Below are positions 45,076 through 50,941 of a stretch of DNA of 50,941 nt, piece by piece. Origin of the DNA: a virus (Duplodnaviria; Caudoviricetes); IMG/VR virus record IMGVR_UViG_3300037863_000314, positions 1-50,941 of that record. One strand, 5' to 3'. How positions within the stretch are numbered: position 1 is the stretch's first letter; the number at the start of each line of letters is the position of its first letter. The notes below the pieces were generated by a model. That model made no database searches. It saw only the letters and a list, made by a program, of their open reading frames with translations, and was not told the origin of the DNA. The position numbers and the translations under genes are program-made.

Positions 45076-47726
45076 TAGGGGTTTTCCTCTATGATGATTT
45101 TCCCTATCTCTTGGATCTCGTTGATCGTCGCAGAATTCGGGATGGAATATTCTTTTGCCCAAGTCGGATAAAAAATCGATACTGATCCCGACAATTTAAC
45201 GTCTGGGTAAGCAATGTCTGGATGAGCTTGCCAACGTACTTCTTGGGTCAATTCTTTATTGAACCAGTGAAGGAGCCAGGCTGTGTTTTTTACCAAATAG
45301 TACTGGGCATCATGGATTTGGCAGCAAATACGTATATGCGGCCGCACATCTTTGTTGGCCCTGACTTTTTTCATAAACGCCGATGCCGCACGATTGTTCA
45401 GAAGGCCCCAGGACTGGCCAAGAGCGTTCCCCGCTGTCCTAGCCTCAGACATAGCTGCGTAGGGCGTATGGCGCTCTGTATTGAGCGTTTGGTAGAGCAA
45501 AGGAGTTCTCACCTTTAGGCCAAAGGCCACAGTGATATATCCATCCCGGCGAGCCCCCTCAATTTTTGACTCAACCCAGCGATCGGAGACAATATACAGC
45601 TCGTGGTATTTTGCCTCAATCTCCAAGGCCTCTTTCTTGGAAAGTCCGCATTGGCCAACCAAAGCATGGTTTGTGCCACCATACGTCAAAGCAAACGTTG
45701 GAGCTTTTGAGTCTTGTCTTTGTTTTGGGTACAGCTTTGCAATGGAATTTATGCCGGCTACTGAATTTGGATCGATGTCCGGCATGTTTTTCCCAAAATA
45801 AGAATAAGCTCTCAAAGAGTGCCCATCGTAACCGTCGGTGTACACTTTCAGTTTGTTTGGGTCTTTGGTCGTCAGGGCAGAAATTTTGTCTTCGAGAGAA
45901 TCAAAATCAAGGCCCACGAAAAGATAACCCTCCGGGGCTTTAACGCATTTCTTAATGTATTTTGCGAGTCGAGCACCTGAGGGCATATTCTGAAGGTTAG
46001 GATCGGACGAGCTCAATCTTCCTGAGACTGTTCCTCCGAGATTGAAATTTCCGTGGACATAATAGTGTCCATCGAAATCCCTTCTCGCGTTTTCCATCGC
46101 GGGGATGAACGTCGTGAGAAGAATGCGCACATCCTTAAATTCGATGACCGCATCCAGGAACTTGAGAGTGTCTGGATCCTTGGTGTAATTCTTGAGCGCT
46201 CGAATAATTGATGCTTTTGTTGACGGCGCTCCGCTGTCTGTTTTTCCAAGAATGGGGAAACCAAAAAATAAAGGATCGAAAAGAATGCCGGCAAGCTGAA
46301 GGTCACTGCCTGGATTGAATTCGAGCTGTATTTCATTAAATGTTGTCCTTTTCTTTTTCCACTTTGCGTGAAGCTTTTCGACTTCAAGCTTCTTCATATG
46401 CAGTGTGTAATCCTGCACTAATTGGTTTGTTTGTATAGTCTGCAACGCGGGAATAATCAGAGCTTCGAGCTCTGCTCTTGATTGGGCAACTTGCTCCATA
46501 TCAATAGGAAGCCCGTTGATCTGCATATCGATGATATCGATCAGCGATGGCTTGAAGATTTCTCGGTAAATTTCTTCCTGACCTTCGGCGATCATGATTG
46601 GCATGTTCTTTTCGTAGACATACCAAGTGCTCAAACAGTCAACGAGGTTGTATTCGACTAACTCCTGAACAGGAATTTTAGTGACATCTTTGATGTCTTC
46701 GACGGCATAGTTGCCGGCAAATTCTACGGCTTGTTCTTTCAGGCTAAGCTTATTGCCAGCTGTTGAGTTAGTGGCCAGGTACGTGATGATCTTTGTATCA
46801 TGGATCATGTCTTCAGCTGCGAGCGCATCGAACAGCTCTTCATAGCTTCTGTTTGTCTCTGTCTTGAAGAGCTGATGGATCAGCACGCTGATGTCGTAAG
46901 CAGCATTATGAAAAATCAAACGCTTGTTGCTGCCGCGATCGTGATCTTTTTTCCATGCTACAAAAAACGCAGCAAGCAATCTTCTAATTTCTAAATTAGG
47001 AAATCCAGGAGCGTGATCCACTTGGAAAGCTACGCCTGAATGCTTATTCCAGGCAAAGGCTATGCTTGCTATTCCCGCATCATCAATGTGCAAGCTGAAT
47101 CCTTCAATGTCGCAAGTCAGTTCTCTGCGCGTTCGAAGCACAGAAAGTACATCCAGGATCTCATCAGCTGTTTGGGGATAATAGGCATCATGAATAATGT
47201 CAGTTCCCGGATCTTTATACGCACCCTGAGTATCTGCAAAAACTGCTTTCATTGTTGTGTTGATAGCTTGAGTCGTTTTCAGGGGGTCGTAAAAAACTTG
47301 CCTATGGCTTGGCAGATACCCCACTTTGAGATGACCCAAATCTTTGAAGTGATTTGGATCCGGAGCACAAAGGGAACCCACTTCGAGAGCGGCTTTTACA
47401 GATCCAGTAAAAATCTTGTAGTAGTCTGGGTTGGCTATCAGCACGTATTTGATTTTTGTGTGCTTTAGCTTTTCAAACAAGTCAGAGAAGAACTCTCTTG
47501 ATTCGGCCGCAGAGAGTGCTTTTCGTTTTTGCTTGGGGCCTATAATATGACACGGAAGTCTCACGGCGCAGGTTGTGCTGAAAGCTATCTTCGCCGGCAC
47601 TCCTGCCTGTATCAAACCATTTTCAAGGTAATGCTTGCGCATCTCCTCGTGTTGAAGATCATAAGACAAGATCAGGATCTCAACATCTTTTGGTTCGAAT
47701 GCTGCTGTAAATCCAATCCATTGCAT
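45075..47726 (-). CDS. Family A DNA polymerase (N4 gp39-like) with 3'-5' exonuclease
   Basis: ExoI DIEG, FHNAAYD, YNLVD; GRLSSSDPNLQN, motif A DFDSLE, motif B RQDSKAPTFALTYG, motif C IHDA. Confidence 0.96.
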   Translation of the reverse strand: MQWIGFTAAFEPKDVEILILSYDLQHEEMRKHYLENGLIQAGVPAKIAFSTTCAVRLPCHIIGPKQKRKALSAAESREFFSDLFEKLKHTKIKYVLIANPDYYKIFTGSVKAALEVGSLCAPDPNHFKDLGHLKVGYLPSHRQVFYDPLKTTQAINTTMKAVFADTQGAYKDPGTDIIHDAYYPQTADEILDVLSVLRTRRELTCDIEGFSLHIDDAGIASIAFAWNKHSGVAFQVDHAPGFPNLEIRRLLAAFFVAWKKDHDRGSNKRLIFHNAAYDISVLIHQLFKTETNRSYEELFDALAAEDMIHDTKIITYLATNSTAGNKLSLKEQAVEFAGNYAVEDIKDVTKIPVQELVEYNLVDCLSTWYVYEKNMPIMIAEGQEEIYREIFKPSLIDIIDMQINGLPIDMEQVAQSRAELEALIIPALQTIQTNQLVQDYTLHMKKLEVEKLHAKWKKKRTTFNEIQLEFNPGSDLQLAGILFDPLFFGFPILGKTDSGAPSTKASIIRALKNYTKDPDTLKFLDAVIEFKDVRILLTTFIPAMENARRDFDGHYYVHGNFNLGGTVSGRLSSSDPNLQNMPSGARLAKYIKKCVKAPEGYLFVGLDFDSLEDKISALTTKDPNKLKVYTDGYDGHSLRAYSYFGKNMPDIDPNSVAGINSIAKLYPKQRQDSKAPTFALTYGGTNHALVGQCGLSKKEALEIEAKYHELYIVSDRWVESKIEGARRDGYITVAFGLKVRTPLLYQTLNTERHTPYAAMSEARTAGNALGQSWGLLNNRAASAFMKKVRANKDVRPHIRICCQIHDAQYYLVKNTAWLLHWFNKELTQEVRWQAHPDIAYPDVKLSGSVSIFYPTWAKEYSIPNSATINEIQEIGKIIIEENP

Positions 47727-48292
47727 TAGGATACAACTCTTCTGAAAAGGAAGCGATTGATTGGGTTATTCACCCGGCCACAGTGAGCAAAAAAAGCTGC
47801 TAAGGATTTGTCGTTTTCATCAAAAACGGCCGTCTTGTAAAACTCAGCATCTTCGGTTTGGCAATAGCGATCGAGAGTATTCAGCAAGGAGGAGTATTGC
47901 ATCAATCCTCTGGGGCAGTTTGCACAGAAAACTGAAGGATTGCTTTTGCAGCTTGTAAGAAGAGCTGCCAGAAGATGAGCAATGTAAGTTGTATATTGCT
48001 GCACTTCTTTCCGGTTTAGTCTGAGATATTCGGCTTCTTCTTCCAGGCTCTGATGAAGCATCTCTATGCCAGATTTACCGTAAGCACCGGCTACTACAAA
48101 CAACTCTGATTTGTAGTAAAAACCGTGCTCAGACCCCCCGAGTGCTTTGTTCTTCTCAACCAAGATTTTTGTTTCTTTGCTGACAAGCTGCATCTCTTCT
48201 TTATGCAGACTGTCTTTTACTTCCTGAAACACTGCCTGGGCAAAAGAATCTTGTTTCCAATGCGTCAGAGCTATGTTGAGTTGTTCACTCAC
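47726..48292 (-). CDS. Hypothetical protein (N4 gp38 position)
   Basis: Overlaps both neighbours; lies between helicase and polymerase. Confidence 0.7.
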   Translation of the reverse strand: MSEQLNIALTHWKQDSFAQAVFQEVKDSLHKEEMQLVSKETKILVEKNKALGGSEHGFYYKSELFVVAGAYGKSGIEMLHQSLEEEAEYLRLNRKEVQQYTTYIAHLLAALLTSCKSNPSVFCANCPRGLMQYSSLLNTLDRYCQTEDAEFYKTAVFDENDKSLAAFFAHCGRVNNPINRFLFRRVVS

Positions 48293-49638
48293 AGGAAAAT
48301 TCCTCTTGTGTTTTCGTGTATGCCTTTGTCGTAAACATACACTTTTTTGCGGGCTCGAGAGGCGCCTACATAAAGCATGCGTCGAAGCTGATTGATATCT
48401 CTACTGACAAAAATATCACTCATGATGAGGATGACCTCGTCATAAGTGGAGCCTTGGGCTTTGTAGACCGTTGCAGCTTCACGATCTCGAAGATCGATCC
48501 ACTCTTCCTGGAGCTTGTAAAACTTCTGCCAGTCTTTGTGTTTGCGATAATGGCTGCGGAGTTTTTTCCATGCCTCTCTATCTGCAGGACATTTCACAGT
48601 GAATCTTCCAGTAAAGCCAGAAGACACCTCAAGCATGTAAGCGTCGAGCTTGTTGTAATTGTCTATTTCAACAGGCTCTGGCCCGTATACTCCGTGTACC
48701 ATCACATTTTCTTCGACACTGAAAGAGTCGCTGCGGTTCAACGGGAAGTGGGTGTTGCACACCAAAATCTCACCAGCCGTTGGGTGGGAAGGGAGGCCTC
48801 GAAGATTTCTGATGTATTCGTTGTACCCCATGACCGCGCTGTTGGTGAAGCATAGCATGCGGCAACCAAGATTAACGTCAGTCGCTTTAACAGTTCCGTT
48901 GGGTCCAAACTTGGCATCGATAAGATCTTGCAGCTGGGTGCCGTTTATATACTCAATTTGCCCAGGAGTCTTTTTCCACTTGGTCAATTCTGCTTTGGTG
49001 CGCTCCAGCAAAATGTCTTCCTTGAGGCCTTCACAAAGGCTCTGAAGAGCAGGAGCGCCGGCGTTGCGCACAGGAGTTGTGATCTCATAGTGACGACCCG
49101 CTTCTTCAGCGAGGACAACGGCTGGGCTGATCTTTTCCATGACGGGGGGCAATTGATTTTTGTCCCCGATGTAAATGATTTTGCAGGTATCGTCGGTTGC
49201 TTCCATCAATATCTGGTAAAGATCTCGATCGATCATGGAAGCTTCGTCGATGAAGATCATACAATTTGTATGAACTCGATAGTTGCTCGTGCGCCGCAAA
49301 TTTGTTTTTCCAGTAGTGTAATCCGTATCCGGAATTACATTCAGGAAAGAGTGGATAGTAACTGCGCGAAGCCCTGTGTGCTCACTCAACACCGCTGCAG
49401 CTTTGTTTGTCGTGCTGGTAAGCACAAGATCCATGTTGGTATTTTTCTTTCCCATGGACACGTTGTAGGCCTTGAGAATAGACGGCAATATTGTTGCCAG
49501 CTCTCGGGTGGTGAATGTCTTGCCCACCCCTGGGCCGCCTGTGAGAAAGAATTCTTTGTCGGCGCCTACAATGAAAGCAGATACTGCATCCACGGCTTTT
49601 TGTTGGTCGTCGTTCAATTGGGGGGATGCAAGGTTCAT
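48289..49638 (-). CDS. SF1 Dda/RecD-like DNA helicase
   Basis: GGPGVGKT, IDEASM, GDKNQLPP, TVYKAQGSTY and YVGASRA motifs. Confidence 0.95.
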   Translation of the reverse strand: MNLASPQLNDDQQKAVDAVSAFIVGADKEFFLTGGPGVGKTFTTRELATILPSILKAYNVSMGKKNTNMDLVLTSTTNKAAAVLSEHTGLRAVTIHSFLNVIPDTDYTTGKTNLRRTSNYRVHTNCMIFIDEASMIDRDLYQILMEATDDTCKIIYIGDKNQLPPVMEKISPAVVLAEEAGRHYEITTPVRNAGAPALQSLCEGLKEDILLERTKAELTKWKKTPGQIEYINGTQLQDLIDAKFGPNGTVKATDVNLGCRMLCFTNSAVMGYNEYIRNLRGLPSHPTAGEILVCNTHFPLNRSDSFSVEENVMVHGVYGPEPVEIDNYNKLDAYMLEVSSGFTGRFTVKCPADREAWKKLRSHYRKHKDWQKFYKLQEEWIDLRDREAATVYKAQGSTYDEVILIMSDIFVSRDINQLRRMLYVGASRARKKVYVYDKGIHENTRGIFL

Positions 49639-49640
49639 AG

Positions 49641-50849
49641 TTATTCCGCCTTGATGTCAATTTTTGTCCCGTAGGGAACTGTTGCTTTTGGGTTACCGGA
49701 GCAAATCCAGATCAAAGGAGGGCCGGGGGGTTCTGGCGGAATTCCCACGTGAAGGTCCGTGAACACAACCATTGCGTCTGGCATATGTGTTTTTGCATGC
49801 TCCCATACTTCACGGAGGTCTGTTCCACCACGGCCGGTTATAATGATTCGTTCGAACTCATCGTCTTCTTCAAATTCGTAAAAATCATTAAGCACTGTAT
49901 CGAACGTAACAAGGACCAGTTTTTCAGGATTAAAAGTTTCTTTGATGTACTTCACTTCTGAGTTGAAGCGTTTGATTTCTTGGTCAGAAATCGATCCCGA
50001 AATGTCGAGGTAATAGTGGATTAGAGACAGTCCTGATATGCCGGCTTTGCCTGGCAAAAGAGGATCTGTGTACCGACGATTTGGGCTTTTATACGAAAAG
50101 TCGATTCTCGCCAAAACGTCAAAGAAGTTATAGAGGATTTCTTGCCACGGCAGTTTTGGGCGCAAGAAGTCGTCGATCATTTGTTGGACTTCGCCTGGGA
50201 GGTCGCCAATCCCTTTTGCCATTTTGTGAGCTGTCGAGGCGTTATGGACGTTTGCGAATGCTTTGCTTTGAATCTGCTTGGGAGTCATCCCGCCTTGCAT
50301 GCTGGCAGGCCCACTACCGGGTTCGCAAAAATCACCATCTTGGGGATTGTGAGGAAGATTAGCCTGGAGCAAAAGCTTGTCGTAGACTTCTTCGGTAGTC
50401 ATTCCTGCGTATTGCGGATCCAGCAGAAAAGGAAAGCCGTCCATAAAATAGCCGGCGCTTTTCAGCATATTGTTGATCACAAAGTCTGCTGCGATGTTCC
50501 AGATTTGAGGATCACGATTACCGCAGCGATCCATATGCTGAAAGGCAATGTGCCAAGCTTCGTGCGCCAGGACAGTTACTCGAGTATCCCGATCGAGAGC
50601 CATGTAGAACTTTGGGTTCCAGGCCATGAACACGCCGTTAGTCACAGCTGTGTCAATTCCTGGTTCCCATAGGAAAGAAATTGAAGCGACCAACGGGCCT
50701 AAAAACCCGTTCCAACGTTGTTGGAACAAAAGAACCTTGGTGTTATCAAGATGCCGGTTGAGCTCGATAATCTGGTTTTCGGTCAGGATTTCATCTGAAA
50801 CAAAATCTGCAGGGTTGAATTGAGATTTACTGACTATCGGTGTCGTCAT
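49641..50849 (-). CDS. HExxH metallopeptidase plus vWA domain protein (DUF2201 / N4 gp25-like)
   Basis: HEAWH, WNIAADFVIN, DISGS MIDAS and GRGGTD motifs; likely start ATG 50849. Confidence 0.9.
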   Translation of the reverse strand: MTTPIVSKSQFNPADFVSDEILTENQIIELNRHLDNTKVLLFQQRWNGFLGPLVASISFLWEPGIDTAVTNGVFMAWNPKFYMALDRDTRVTVLAHEAWHIAFQHMDRCGNRDPQIWNIAADFVINNMLKSAGYFMDGFPFLLDPQYAGMTTEEVYDKLLLQANLPHNPQDGDFCEPGSGPASMQGGMTPKQIQSKAFANVHNASTAHKMAKGIGDLPGEVQQMIDDFLRPKLPWQEILYNFFDVLARIDFSYKSPNRRYTDPLLPGKAGISGLSLIHYYLDISGSISDQEIKRFNSEVKYIKETFNPEKLVLVTFDTVLNDFYEFEEDDEFERIIITGRGGTDLREVWEHAKTHMPDAMVVFTDLHVGIPPEPPGPPLIWICSGNPKATVPYGTKIDIKAE

Positions 50850-50940
50850 CTTCTTCTTCTTCTTCAGGAACTTCATGATAGTAGGTTTCACCATCATGAT
50901 GTTCTTTGGTTGCGATGTACCCAAGACGATTAATGTAATG
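50827..50940 (-). CDS. C-terminal end of an upstream gene entering from the right edge
   Basis: Open frame ...HYINRLGYIATKEHHDGETYYHEVPEEEEEDDDTDSQ*. Confidence 0.6.
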   Translation of the reverse strand, partial: HYINRLGYIATKEHHDGETYYHEVPEEEEEDDDTDSQ

Positions 50941-50941
50941 A

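Noticed and set aside
45075-47726. Intron, intein or stop-codon recoding in core genes
   Set aside because: Polymerase, terminase, primase and helicase are uninterrupted and of ordinary length under the standard code.
50850-50924. N-terminal KKKKK extension of the vWA protein
   Set aside because: Out-of-frame reading of the upstream gene's (GAA)n acidic tail.

Overview
About 51 kb of a lytic N4-like (Schitoviridae-type) podophage genome, written in reverse relative to N4. The + strand (2.1-35.9 kb) carries the late block: terminase, adaptor, tail fibre, amidase lysis cassette, portal, scaffold, major capsid, ejection proteins and a 4229-aa cysteine-free virion RNA polymerase with two HExxH zincin-like domains. 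The - strand (35.9-50.9 kb) carries the middle/replication block: vWA-metallopeptidase, Dda-like helicase, family A DNA polymerase, PD-(D/E)XK nuclease, primase, AAA ATPase, SSB and RusA-like resolvase. A divergent fibre-like operon runs off the left edge. The most unusual part is an accessory island at 35.9-38.8 kb (- strand). A conserved uncharacterised 248-aa gene is followed directly by ~400 nt of structured RNA. This contains a circularly permuted tRNA mimic (T arm, then a loop-closed acceptor stem, then D arm, on a long bulged stem, as in YrlA/Y RNAs, but with no Ro60 gene in the window) and a second degenerate tRNA. Nearby are a DUF2829/Tad2-like fusion and another structured intergenic RNA. 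All family assignments come from remembered motifs and N4 synteny, and RNA folds were paired by eye; no searches were run.
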